Assembly (NCBI GenBank): GCA_963724325.1
Contig: CAVRUH010000010.1
Span: forward strand, 1-38,934
Reading direction: 5' to 3'
Length of the DNA: 38,934 bases
Source: Waddliaceae bacterium
Lineage (GTDB): Bacteria > Chlamydiota > Chlamydiia > Chlamydiales > Waddliaceae
This document shows, one piece after another, positions 19,994-29,726 of this stretch. Positions within the stretch are counted from its first letter, which is position 1, and the number at the start of each line of letters is the position of its first letter. A model generated the notes under the pieces. It did no database searches, was not told where the DNA came from, and worked only from the letters and a program-made list of their open reading frames with translations. A program made the position numbers and the translations under genes.

Positions 19994-20665
19994 TTAATGC
20001 ATATGACTTGTGAACCTGCCGCAAACAACATTGGCCCAGTCCTCTGAGAACTTTTTGAGTGCCGCTAAAGTTGGGCCATAGTCTTGAATGAATTCAGCAA
20101 AAATGTCGTCTGAAAGAGTCATAGCGGAAATACCGATCTCTACACACGTTATGGCTGTATTTATCTCTCGTATCCCTGCGCCCATAATTTTTCCGCTAAA
20201 TCCATACTGTAATTTCAGGGCTTCCATACTAGCTAACACTTCAGAAGGATTTTTCGATGTATCTGCAATCCTCCCCAAATATGGCGCCAAATAATTTGCA
20301 CCAGCCTTAAAAGCCAAAAGTGCTTGTCGCACCTCAAAAATGGCGGTACCTAACGTAGGAATCCCCTCTTTACTCAGTGCATGAATGGCACGAATGCCAT
20401 TTTGAGTCACTGGTATCTTCACCAAAATTCTCGGCGATAATGCTGCAAATATTCTAGCCTGCTCATACATGCCCTTGGCATCGTCTGCAAGGACTTGAAC
20501 AGCTACCCATCCCGACTGGACCTCAAGCAAACTTCGTATTAACTCTTCTGGTTCCATAGATGCCGATGACACAATTGACGGATTCGTCGTTACCCCCTGC
20601 AAAATTCCCAAATCCGCTACCGACGCCACATAATCCACATTAGCTGTATCCAACCACAATTCCAT
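19994..20665 (-). CDS. Transaldolase/fructose-6-phosphate aldolase family protein (FSA-type residues)
   Basis: 'LWLDTAN', 'GVTTNPS', Schiff-base 'VKIP', 'YLAPYLGR'; GGAGG RBS. Confidence 0.88.
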   Translation of the reverse strand: MELWLDTANVDYVASVADLGILQGVTTNPSIVSSASMEPEELIRSLLEVQSGWVAVQVLADDAKGMYEQARIFAALSPRILVKIPVTQNGIRAIHALSKEGIPTLGTAIFEVRQALLAFKAGANYLAPYLGRIADTSKNPSEVLASMEALKLQYGFSGKIMGAGIREINTAITCVEIGISAMTLSDDIFAEFIQDYGPTLAALKKFSEDWANVVCGRFTSHMH

Positions 20666-20726
20666 AACACCTCCAATTGAACTCTCAATACTACCTCATG
20701 CATGAAAAAATGGCAAGCATTGACAT

Positions 20727-20756
20727 TTGACAAAATATGCTATAGATGCTTAGTAT
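20727..20756 (+). promoter_or_regulatory. Putative sigma70/sigma66 promoter
   Basis: TTGACA (20727-32), 18 bp spacer, TAGTAT (20751-56), upstream of a GGAG RBS and the ATG at 20780. Confidence 0.45.
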
Positions 20757-20779
20757 CACCATTAAAATATGGAGTCGTG

Positions 20780-21898
20780 ATGATAAAAATTATTCTTTGC
20801 ATCCTTTTTTGCACAAGCCTAAGTGCCGAATCAAAATATCCCGTCGATGTTTCTCATGTCATCGCCGACATAAAATTCAGTCAGGAAAACGGAGTAAAAA
20901 TCTGTGAAATCCAACATGGCATCCTATCAGCTTTTAGAGGAGATGCCTTTGCAAATGGTAATGACGGAGTTATTTCCCCTGAATTTGTAAATTTTTTCGC
21001 CCAGATTCCTGTTCCAAAATGGACCATGCCAAGGCAAATTGCCTATAAAAAGTTAGCGGGAATGCTTCAAGATTCACCCGATTGGAATACAAGAAATTCC
21101 ATGGATGCAATTCTTACCGACCCCGATTTTTATCCATCCTCTCAAATACTTCCAACGGACCCAAGCAGCATAGATTCATACTACGGAATGGTGTATGTTC
21201 AATCGCCTGTAGTGAGAAATTATGATCAATTTCGTCAAAAATTTCCCGGCATCATAATCATTGACGCCGCCACTCATCCCTATTGGATCGATAAGTACAA
21301 AATGAGCCTTCTTTTTAAAAACCATCCAGTCCTGGCAGCCATAAAACCGGAATGGCAACTTTACCCTAAACAGTACACTGAAACTCTAGCTCTACAAATT
21401 CAACATGATATTCCAAGCGACTTCTTCGTCATCAAACCACGCAGTAGCTGTGTAGGCAATGGTGTAATCATTGTATCTAAAGAAGAGCTCGATAGCACAT
21501 TGCAATTCATCTTAAATAGATCTCCCGAATTGCAATACCATCACGACAATTCGTACAATTATTGGTTCCAAGACCCGCACCACACATTTCTTGTTGAAAA
21601 ATACTACCACTCAGACAACATCCAAGTGCCACATTTTGAGAATAATACCTATGAACCCACGATACGGGTCGCTTTCATCATGAAATACGACAAAGGAACC
21701 ATCAGTCACCACTATTTAGGGGCTTATTACACAGTCCCATTCAAATCCATTGATGAAGAAGGGACCCTCAACGAAAGAAAAAAGGCCTATTGCAAACCCC
21801 CTCATTATTATCGCGTCTCCGATGAAGTGCTCAATCAAGTGCTGCAACAGTTGGATATAGCAATTCCACTTCTCTATAAGGAAATGCTACGGGGTTAG
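20780..21898 (+). CDS. Signal-peptide-bearing ATP-grasp-like hypothetical protein
   Basis: N-terminus MIKIILCILFCTSLSA; 'IDKYKM', 'FFVIKPRSSCVGNGVIIV', 'FLVEKY' and 'TIRV' resemble ATP-grasp motifs. Confidence 0.6.
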   Translation: MIKIILCILFCTSLSAESKYPVDVSHVIADIKFSQENGVKICEIQHGILSAFRGDAFANGNDGVISPEFVNFFAQIPVPKWTMPRQIAYKKLAGMLQDSPDWNTRNSMDAILTDPDFYPSSQILPTDPSSIDSYYGMVYVQSPVVRNYDQFRQKFPGIIIIDAATHPYWIDKYKMSLLFKNHPVLAAIKPEWQLYPKQYTETLALQIQHDIPSDFFVIKPRSSCVGNGVIIVSKEELDSTLQFILNRSPELQYHHDNSYNYWFQDPHHTFLVEKYYHSDNIQVPHFENNTYEPTIRVAFIMKYDKGTISHHYLGAYYTVPFKSIDEEGTLNERKKAYCKPPHYYRVSDEVLNQVLQQLDIAIPLLYKEMLRG

Positions 21899-21961
21899 GA
21901 AACACTTTTTAGCTTCACATTTCCAATGCCTTTGAGATATTGTAAAGAGTGAGGTATCGCT

Positions 21962-22465
21962 ATGACTACAGGAAAAAAAATAGTAAGACATAGACCAAAT
22001 AGATTGTCCGTAGCTCTGAAAAGCAAGCCAAAAGAAATCTTATCCTTCGACACGGATTTTTTTGGTTGGACACAGGACCAAGCAATTCTATTAAAAAAGG
22101 GAGAATTTAATAAATTGGATATAAATCATTTGGTTGAGGAGATAGAAGCATTGGGCAATTCAGAACAAAGAGTATTAGAAAGTTATTTGGTCATTCTCCT
22201 CATGCATCTATTAAAAATCAAATACCAACCTGCGAAACACACCAAATCTTGGGATAACTCAGTTAAAAATGCACAGTTCCGTGCCGAAAAATTGCTGAAA
22301 AAAAATCCAAGCCTGAAAAGCTACTTACCAGAAATTTTTAAAGATGCCTACTACCTCGCTCGATTGGATGCTGCCTCCGAAACAGGTCTAGACGAAAAAG
22401 ACTTTCCCAATAAATGTCCTTGGATTCCAAAAGAATTTTTCCCATTCATTGTCAAGAAACTGTAG
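21962..22465 (+). CDS. DUF29 family protein
   Basis: 'DTDFFGWTQDQA.LL', 'HLVEEIEALG', 'LLMHLLK.KYQP', 'SW', 'NPSLK', 'FP.KCPW'. Confidence 0.85.
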   Translation: MTTGKKIVRHRPNRLSVALKSKPKEILSFDTDFFGWTQDQAILLKKGEFNKLDINHLVEEIEALGNSEQRVLESYLVILLMHLLKIKYQPAKHTKSWDNSVKNAQFRAEKLLKKNPSLKSYLPEIFKDAYYLARLDAASETGLDEKDFPNKCPWIPKEFFPFIVKKL

Positions 22466-22838
22466 AATCATGAGCCTTCTTGACTTTAAGGAGAAAAATC
22501 AAAACAGCCAGCACAGCAGTTATGCCAGCGCTAACAGGTGATAACCAACCCAGGGCTACAACAATAACAATGAAAGCAGTGTCCACAACCAAATCGCTGC
22601 ATGCACGCAACTGCAAGATCGAAAACTTTGTCAGAGTATATTTTGCTCCAAGAGCTGAGATTAGTTCGGCAAAAGCAAACTTTAGCACCTCATCGATAGC
22701 CGAAAAGATACCCACTTTAAATGGATTAACATTTTTATAAGCAAAGATTAATCCGCGAGCATAACCCAGCGAAGCTCTAACCCCGACATCGCCAGCAAAA
22801 TCCAAAACTTTACCAATCGCGATCACAGAGCAACTCAT
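22452..22838 (-). CDS. Hypothetical membrane protein
   Basis: Hydrophobic C-terminal helices; ATGA overlap with the rluD stop. Confidence 0.55.
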   Translation of the reverse strand: MSCSVIAIGKVLDFAGDVGVRASLGYARGLIFAYKNVNPFKVGIFSAIDEVLKFAFAELISALGAKYTLTKFSILQLRACSDLVVDTAFIVIVVALGWLSPVSAGITAVLAVLIFLLKVKKAHDSTVS

Positions 22839-23737
22839 GCAAATGACTCCAAGTCTGGTGGAAGTTTGGCCTCAAATGTCATAAGAACTCCAGTGATTGG
22901 ATGATTAAGCTTAATGACTTTCGCATGAAGCAATTGCCGTCCAACATTGCATTTTTGATTCCACGAAGCAATACCATAAACCGGATCCCCTAAAACAGGA
23001 TAACCAATGCTCTTCATATGCACCCTAATCTGATGTGTTCTTCCAGTTGCCAATATCACTTTCACCAAGCTTACTTTACCATCGAATCTTACTGTTTCTA
23101 TAATTGTTTTGGAAGGTTTTCCATCTTCTCGTACAATCATTTTTTTTCGTTCAACCGGATGCCTTCCTATAGGAGCATTGATTTCGCGATTTCCAGGATT
23201 CCCCACACAAACAGCAAGATATTCTTTATAGATTTCTCGACCCGCAAACATCTCTATCAAACGCTGCTGAGCTTGCGTGTTTTTTGCAGCTATAAGAATG
23301 CCAGAGGTGTCTTTGTCAAGACGATGCACAATTCCCGGCCTCATGGAGCCCGTAGCATCTATTTCCTTGCAATGATAAAGAAGGGCATTGACAAAAGTAC
23401 CAGTCCAATTGCCAGGTGCCGGATGGACCACCATCCCAGGTGGTTTATTAATGACAAGAATATCATTATCTTCATAAATAATATCCAAAGCAATAGGTTC
23501 GGGAGTTACATCAATCTCAGGAGTTAGTGTAAAAAAAACCTCAACTTCATCACCCGCTACTGGTCTGACCCTTTTTTTTATAGCTTTTCCATTAAGCAAA
23601 ACTTTATGCCCTTCAATGAGATATTGAAAGTAAGTCCGCGAACGGACCTCTTTATGACGATCAGCCAGAATTTTATCCAGCCGCTCCCCCGCTTCTTCCT
23701 CGGTAATAATAATAGTATCGGATTCATCGGGTTGCAT
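22835..23737 (-). CDS. rluD: RluA/RluD-family 23S rRNA pseudouridine synthase with S4 domain
   Basis: 'ERLDK', 'INKPPGMVVHP', 'GIVHRLDKDTSG', 'TGRTHQIRVH', 'PVLGDPVYG', 'QLLHA'. Confidence 0.9.
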   Translation of the reverse strand: MQPDESDTIIITEEEAGERLDKILADRHKEVRSRTYFQYLIEGHKVLLNGKAIKKRVRPVAGDEVEVFFTLTPEIDVTPEPIALDIIYEDNDILVINKPPGMVVHPAPGNWTGTFVNALLYHCKEIDATGSMRPGIVHRLDKDTSGILIAAKNTQAQQRLIEMFAGREIYKEYLAVCVGNPGNREINAPIGRHPVERKKMIVREDGKPSKTIIETVRFDGKVSLVKVILATGRTHQIRVHMKSIGYPVLGDPVYGIASWNQKCNVGRQLLHAKVIKLNHPITGVLMTFEAKLPPDLESFA

Positions 23738-24032
23738 CTGTAAACTCTGGTATGGGGAAGAGGGTAAGAGGGATTTCTTCGTAGCGATAATCTTTTACCA
23801 AAATCTTTAAGATACTATAAATGAATGATTCTTTTAGATCAATTTCAGAAATTTTAGCCAATTTATCCATTTCCACACCAAAATAACGCATTCCACCATG
23901 GCTCACTTCACGCAAATAATCGCCCCTCGACTGGATAAATTGATCAATTAATCTTTGATTGGATTTTAACAACTCTTTCTCATAGATCGGATCTATGGGG
24001 AACCCCAAAAATAGCCTGTAATCTGTTATCAT
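23724..24032 (-). CDS. Hypothetical protein
   Basis: 102 aa, overlaps the rluD start; operonic spacing. Confidence 0.6.
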   Translation of the reverse strand: MITDYRLFLGFPIDPIYEKELLKSNQRLIDQFIQSRGDYLREVSHGGMRYFGVEMDKLAKISEIDLKESFIYSILKILVKDYRYEEIPLTLFPIPEFTDATR

Positions 24033-24036
24033 TAGG

Positions 24037-24321
24037 TCACGAATTCTCGTTATCTCTTCTACGATCTTCTTCCATTTGCTGCTTCAGACGAGCTTGCTGA
24101 TTGGACCAATCATTAATTATATTCTGGGCAATACCCTGCATAATTGCATTCCAGACTTCCGGAGCCTTCTTCTTTAGTTCCCCTAAACTACTTACAGTAC
24201 TATTCATGTCAAATGAACCCGCAGTACCACCGGGCGTACTTGAAGTGGAACTAGGGGTATTAGCCGCAGCAGCGGCCGCAGTGGTAGCGCTTACAGAAGC
24301 CGGAACATTGTCTTGTTGCAT
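24037..24321 (-). CDS. Hypothetical protein with an Ala/Ser/Thr-rich N-terminus and helical C-terminus
   Basis: GGAGG RBS; first gene of the putative rluD operon. Confidence 0.65.
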   Translation of the reverse strand: MQQDNVPASVSATTAAAAAANTPSSTSSTPGGTAGSFDMNSTVSSLGELKKKAPEVWNAIMQGIAQNIINDWSNQQARLKQQMEEDRRRDNENS

Positions 24322-24409
24322 AAATAAAGCCTCCCGGGCCTAGACCCTCTAACGCTTATTATACCACAATGCATGTTATTTAGCAAGTCATCCAGGCCTT
24401 AATCATACC

Positions 24410-24739
24410 TTAATCAATAGGATTTGATGGTATCGGATTATCAGGAATTGGAGCTTCCTGCAAAGGCTGTGCAGGCTGAGGGTTAGCCTCTATAGGGTGA
24501 CCCTCTTGAAAATAATTCCGATTTTTCTCAGGATTTTGGGGGGCGACTTTCTTATAATACTCAACTTCCGACTGTGTTTCCGGTTGACCAAACTGTTTAT
24601 ATCGTTCCCGTTCCATTTTCTGCTCCATCTCATCCTGTTTATTAAACCCAGTAGGTGAATTTGGGGGGGGAGGAGGCTCATCTTGAGCGCTCAAAGAGCC
24701 AATCACGAATGCTGAAGCCAAAAAAAGATAGGTTTTCAT
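24410..24739 (-). CDS. Hypothetical exported Pro/Gln-rich protein
   Basis: AGGAG RBS before MKTYLFLASAFVIGSLSA (signal peptide). Confidence 0.65.
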   Translation of the reverse strand: MKTYLFLASAFVIGSLSAQDEPPPPPNSPTGFNKQDEMEQKMERERYKQFGQPETQSEVEYYKKVAPQNPEKNRNYFQEGHPIEANPQPAQPLQEAPIPDNPIPSNPID

Positions 24740-24866
24740 AAAGATTTCTCCTGTTAATTGAGATATATCCAAATTTATCATTTTCTGTCTAGACTTGAAT
24801 TGACAAATCGGTTAACATACCACCCTATAAGCAAACATTATTATCAAAAAATTAAGGGCAAATATC

Positions 24867-25331
24867 ATGAAAATTGAATTTACAAAAGATCAATATGAAA
24901 ATCTTCTAAAAATGGCCTATCTAGGCAATTGGATGATCAACGCATTCCGTGAGGAAAACGAAACAACTCCCGAGTACGAACAGCTCGAAGAATACCTACT
25001 TAAACATGCGAAAGATTTCGACCTAGAACATTTGGCCATTGAAGATTCAGGCAACTTCTTCCCATCAGCTGACCTAGAAGCCGATGAAGAAATGGATACA
25101 TATATGGATGAGTACAAAGACGAAGTATTCTGGGAGCAACTCGCTTACAGACTCTCTCTTAAAGACCTACTAAACAAATTCGGCGAAGAAGAACTAAACG
25201 ACATGGAGCCCGAAAAAAGATTCCTTCTTATCAGCAACCTCGAAGAGCAATACAATGAAGAATTGTACCGCACTGGCCTAGAAAACGTCTCCATCAAAGA
25301 CTTCGAACCAAGCTTCGAAGAAGCAGTTTAA
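24867..25331 (+). CDS. Acidic hypothetical protein
   Basis: 154 aa Glu/Asp-rich ORF with an ATG start; no family recognised. Confidence 0.65.
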   Translation: MKIEFTKDQYENLLKMAYLGNWMINAFREENETTPEYEQLEEYLLKHAKDFDLEHLAIEDSGNFFPSADLEADEEMDTYMDEYKDEVFWEQLAYRLSLKDLLNKFGEEELNDMEPEKRFLLISNLEEQYNEELYRTGLENVSIKDFEPSFEEAV

Positions 25332-25384
25332 GCCACAAAATTGCTCCCTAGACAATAAATCCCTTAGGGTTTATTGTCTGGATC

Positions 25385-26362
25385 ATGTTTAAGACAAGAA
25401 TTACTGACCTCTTTGGCATCAAATATCCCATCATCCAGGGTGGCCTCATGTGGCTTGCAAGAGCAGAACTTGCCGCTGCTGTCGCTGAAGCCGGTGGAAT
25501 CGGATTCATGACAGCCCTCACCCACCCCAATGCCGAGGCACTTCGAGCTGAAATCAAAAAACTCAGAACCCTCACTGACAAACCCTTTGGAGTCAATCTC
25601 ACCTTCCTCCCATCCCTACGACAACCCGATTATCCTGCCTACATCAAAGTCTGCATCGAAGAAGGGGTAAAATTTATCGAGACTGCCGGTAGAAATCCCG
25701 AACCCGTACTCCCCCCGCTTAAGGCCGCAGGCATCAAAGTCATCCACAAGTGCACCAGCGTCAGACACGCCATTAAAGCTCAAGCTATAGGTTGCGATGC
25801 CGTCAGCATCGACGGCTTTGAGTGTGCCGGACATCCAGGAGAAGATGACGTAACATCCCTGATCCTCATTCCCCGCACAAGAGACGCAATAGACATTCCA
25901 ATTATTTCCTCAGGAGGCTTTGGCGATGGACGCGGCCTTGTTGCTGCTCTAGCACTAGGAGCCGATGCCATGAATATGGGAACGAGATTTGTAGCCACCA
26001 AAGAATGTCCTGCTCACGAAAATGTGAAACTAGCCATCAAGGGAGCCAAAGAAACCGACACTTGCCTTATCATGCGCAGCCTAAAAAATAGCGAACGTGT
26101 TCTAAAAAGTAAGAATGCCGAAAAAGTACTTGAGATCGAGTCCACAGGCCATGCAACAATCGATGACATCAGGCCCTATGTAGCTGGTATGGAAGGGGTC
26201 AAAATGTATACAGGGGGTGAAATGGAAAAAGGAGTCCTTTCCATAGGACAGGTCATTGGATTAATTAATGACATACCCACAGTGGCCGAATTGATTCAGC
26301 GCATCATCTCTGATGCGACTGAGATTATTCAAACCAAACTCCCGAGAATTATTATCCGTTAA
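25385..26362 (+). CDS. Nitronate monooxygenase / FabK-like flavin oxidoreductase
   Basis: 'YPIIQGGL', 'AVAEAGGIG', 'TDKPFGVNL', 'GFECAGHPG', 'SSGGFGDGRG', 'MGTRFVATKE'. Confidence 0.9.
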   Translation: MFKTRITDLFGIKYPIIQGGLMWLARAELAAAVAEAGGIGFMTALTHPNAEALRAEIKKLRTLTDKPFGVNLTFLPSLRQPDYPAYIKVCIEEGVKFIETAGRNPEPVLPPLKAAGIKVIHKCTSVRHAIKAQAIGCDAVSIDGFECAGHPGEDDVTSLILIPRTRDAIDIPIISSGGFGDGRGLVAALALGADAMNMGTRFVATKECPAHENVKLAIKGAKETDTCLIMRSLKNSERVLKSKNAEKVLEIESTGHATIDDIRPYVAGMEGVKMYTGGEMEKGVLSIGQVIGLINDIPTVAELIQRIISDATEIIQTKLPRIIIR

Positions 26363-28175
26363 CACCATTAGCTGGAGCTGGATTAACTTTTTCAAGAATA
26401 TACAGACGACCATAAGTAGCCATCACATCGTTAGCAGATGCTAAATTTTTATTTGCCGTTGGATGCATATCGTCTATAGATTTCCAACTACCACCTATTT
26501 TTGCATTAGCTACATAGTGACCACCACCATTGCCAACATGACCTCCAGCTATACCAACAACTTTATATTGAACAGGAGCACCAGCGATGGGTAATGTAAC
26601 AATATCATTTGCTGGCAGTACCACCCTTAGATAGTTAGTTACACCATAGTCATTGACCCTTGGTAAAGGAATAAATAGTAGTGGTGGCGCCACTCCTGTC
26701 AATTCAATCTTATCATCGTACTTATTAGCACCATTAATTTGGTTATTGAATGCAGCTTTTGTTAGCCCCCATGGTAGCTTAGCATTTTTCTTTTTAGGAT
26801 CGTACTTTTTGTATTCTTCAGGATCTAAGTTTACGCTTCTAAGGGCAGCATCGGAAACATCATCCTTTTTGCCTTTAGTTTTTTCAGCTAGCGTATATTT
26901 TTTTAATTCACCGGGTTTTTGTTTAAAAAATTCAGTCAAAACATGTTGGAAGGAAATACTGTTTTGTTCATTGATTATATCTGTCCATTCTTTAACTTTA
27001 TTTGCCCTTCTCAATGGTAAAACTATACCCGCCTCAGCTGCAATATCACGCTCCAACAGAGCATCCTGATCAAAACTTGCCTGTGCTATCTGAGCTGCTT
27101 CCATTTGCTGTGAATTCAAGGTTAACAGCTTAACCACCGGCATATTGACCGGAGGAAGCATTGGCTGATCCAGCATTTCTTCTTGTCTATCCACATAACC
27201 ATTTGCAAATGTTCTAGTTACAACTTGTTTAATACCATAATTCCCTGAAATATTGAGCTGACTAAAAATAATTTTTAAGAAGTCTGCAACATCTTGCTGC
27301 TTATACACATCACCACCCAATGTACCAATTTGATCCTCTGGCAAGTTTTGGATAGATGAAAGAATCCGATCACGCAAGATGTTAATATCCTTGGAACCAA
27401 GTCCCGCCTCTAGGCCTATGTGGTAGTATTTAAGGGCCGTGGCAACTGAATTTTGAAATCCAGGATCAGAAGCCTTCAAATGATTAATAAATTCTTTTGA
27501 AGCAAATAGTATTTGTAAAAGTGAATCTGCATAACAAGACATTCTTTTATTGCACAAAAGTGCTGGCTTATTTAGCGCAACAATACCTCCAAGTCTTGCG
27601 ATTAAGGGGTCTAATTGTGGTTTAAGAGCTGGATTTTCTGCTATAATGCGAAGTATTTGAAACTTAATTTTTGTTTTAATCACTGCAAAATTCTTATCAT
27701 ACCCTTCGAATACTTTTGCAATGAATACATCAACCAATTGCGTCCACTTTGCAGGATCTGTTTCTGTTTTAAGTGTTTCATTTAGCATTTTATTTAATTC
27801 GTCACTAACAGGAGTAGGTGGCAGCGCCTCAGTCTCTTCTGGGTTACCATAGAATATTCTTCTGAAAAATGCAGCTATGGCTGAAAATACAGATTTAATC
27901 CAAGCCACAAAACGTTGACCTACTGTAAGAGGTTTTGCCAATTGCGGTTGAACGGAATTATTGATGACATTTACGGGGTCAAGATGGAGAATTTGCATAA
28001 CTTCGCTAACCTTTGGTTTTTGAAATCGATCATACTTAGCAATCAATTGCTGATGAGTAGCGATAACCTCTGGTTTTGTAGTTTGCTTATACTTGGGAGC
28101 TCTCGGAACATCTATTCCTAATCTAGCAAAATCATTAGCATTGTATGCTCCTAGATCTACGTTTAAAGAACTCAT
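26352..28175 (-). CDS. USP (peptidase C19)-like deubiquitinase effector candidate 1
   Basis: Cys box 'LCNKRMSCYADSLLQILF', 'QQDVADFL', His box 'GGGHYVANAKIGGSWKSIDD'. Start placed at MSSLN, after GAGGTG. Confidence 0.78.
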   Translation of the reverse strand: MSSLNVDLGAYNANDFARLGIDVPRAPKYKQTTKPEVIATHQQLIAKYDRFQKPKVSEVMQILHLDPVNVINNSVQPQLAKPLTVGQRFVAWIKSVFSAIAAFFRRIFYGNPEETEALPPTPVSDELNKMLNETLKTETDPAKWTQLVDVFIAKVFEGYDKNFAVIKTKIKFQILRIIAENPALKPQLDPLIARLGGIVALNKPALLCNKRMSCYADSLLQILFASKEFINHLKASDPGFQNSVATALKYYHIGLEAGLGSKDINILRDRILSSIQNLPEDQIGTLGGDVYKQQDVADFLKIIFSQLNISGNYGIKQVVTRTFANGYVDRQEEMLDQPMLPPVNMPVVKLLTLNSQQMEAAQIAQASFDQDALLERDIAAEAGIVLPLRRANKVKEWTDIINEQNSISFQHVLTEFFKQKPGELKKYTLAEKTKGKKDDVSDAALRSVNLDPEEYKKYDPKKKNAKLPWGLTKAAFNNQINGANKYDDKIELTGVAPPLLFIPLPRVNDYGVTNYLRVVLPANDIVTLPIAGAPVQYKVVGIAGGHVGNGGGHYVANAKIGGSWKSIDDMHPTANKNLASANDVMATYGRLYILEKVNPAPANGVNG

Positions 28176-28253
28176 CTTACACACCTCATATTTGTTTTAT
28201 GCACTAATTCTAACATACAATTGTTAAGAAATTATAAATTTAAATTAATTTTA

Positions 28254-29726
28254 AGGAAAGGAACGGTAAAGTTTGACCCCCTAAAATTGGAGGTCATACC
28301 ATGTTTCAGTCCAATGTGCTTTTCAAGGCTTATTCGCACTGTTCAGGGCTTAGAAAAAGAGCTTGGATTACGAAAGTAATCGTAATCATTCAGAAGGCAA
28401 CTAATTTATTGTTGTTAGCTGAGGGAGAGGGGGCCACGGCTACTTCTTTGGGCCAACGCCCCTCCGGGGGCGGTAAAATAATCATTCGATGCCTGAAAAT
28501 AATTCACCGTGCCCCTTCGGTCGAGGGGGCCACGGCTACTTCTTTGGGTAATCTCATACTAACCAATAAATATATAAAAATAAATAGAAATAAAGCCCCA
28601 AATGGGTTATCTCATTGTAGTAACCAAACCATCAAGGAGGTGTAAACCATGGGGCATAGTTCATATTTAACATATTGTATAGGAAAAGGTAAAGCATATC
28701 CTTTCGGATTTAAGTTAGATGCGGTGTTCGCAGCTGAGGAACTTGGCAAAAAACCAGCGGCTAAAAAGTTTAAAATAGCTTTAAATACATTGAAATCTTG
28801 GATTAAAGAATTCCAAAAACATGGCAAGCAAGGCCTAATCGATAAGAGAAAGGGACCCAATTTTATTCCACATAAAATTCCTCCTGACGAGGAAGAAAGG
28901 ATAGTTAGCATTCGCACGATGGCACCTTGTTTTGGCCCTAATAGAATAAAGTTCTACTTCAATGTAAATTGTTCTGTTGGAGCTATTCGTCGGGTTATTC
29001 GATCTCATAATCTTACTAAGAAACAAAAGAAAAAGCAGGAGAAAAAAAGAGACTTAAGAGCTGTTAAGGCTAAGCGTGCATCGATGACGTATCTGCAGAT
29101 GGATGTAAAATACTTAACGGACATTCCTAACTATTGGGAACAGATAAAACCTATGGGATTACCCAGGTTCCAATATACCGTCCGTGATTCTAAGTCAGGA
29201 ATGCTATTCTTGGGGTATTCTGATGAGCTATCGGAATTAAATGCACGTACGATGATTGATCATATAATAAGCGAAATGAAGCTCGATTTACCCTTTGATA
29301 TCGAGAAACTTAATGTGCAAACGGATAATGGATCTGAATTTAGCGGTCAAGCAAGGAGAGTAGAAACAGCTCCCTTTGTTCAAATGATTGAAAAGACCCA
29401 TGGGGCTAATCATAATTACATAAGACCTGGTCATTGTAATGCAAATGCGGATGTTGAATCATCACATCAAACGATTGAAGTTGAATTTTTTGACTTAATA
29501 AAGGTTAAGAATCGAGATGACTTCTTCAAAAAGATCGAGTCGTATCGGTTATATTTTAATTTCACGAGGGTGAATTTTTCTAAAGGTAAAAAAACACCGC
29601 AACAAATTTGCGCAAGTGATTGGAATATAGATGTTTCTTATAATTTTTCCTTGATAAAAACTGTGGATTTAGATAAAATAAGTACATTCTCGTATCAACG
29701 GGGTCAATCTTTACCTGATTTTACCG
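28254..29726 (+). mobile_element. Insertion sequence (~1473 bp, IS481-like DDE) with imperfect 27 bp terminal IRs and a 14 bp target-site duplication
   Basis: Left end AGGAAAGGAACGGTAAAGTTTGACCCC; right end reverse complement CGGTAAAATCAGGTAAAGATTGACCCC (inner 16 bp match 15/16). Flanking direct repeat TTAAATTAATTTTA at 28240-28253 and 29727-29740. Confidence 0.85.
28301..28645 (+). CDS. Possible IS passenger/leader ORF (114 aa)
   Basis: GGAGG RBS 7 bp before the ATG; stops 3 bp before the transposase start; contains the in-frame repeat EGATATSLG twice. Could be non-coding. Confidence 0.3.
   Translation: MFQSNVLFKAYSHCSGLRKRAWITKVIVIIQKATNLLLLAEGEGATATSLGQRPSGGGKIIIRCLKIIHRAPSVEGATATSLGNLILTNKYIKINRNKAPNGLSHCSNQTIKEV

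Noticed and set aside
20702..20779. Longer N-terminus for the ATP-grasp-like ORF
   Set aside because: It overlaps the predicted promoter; the RBS and signal peptide point to 20780.
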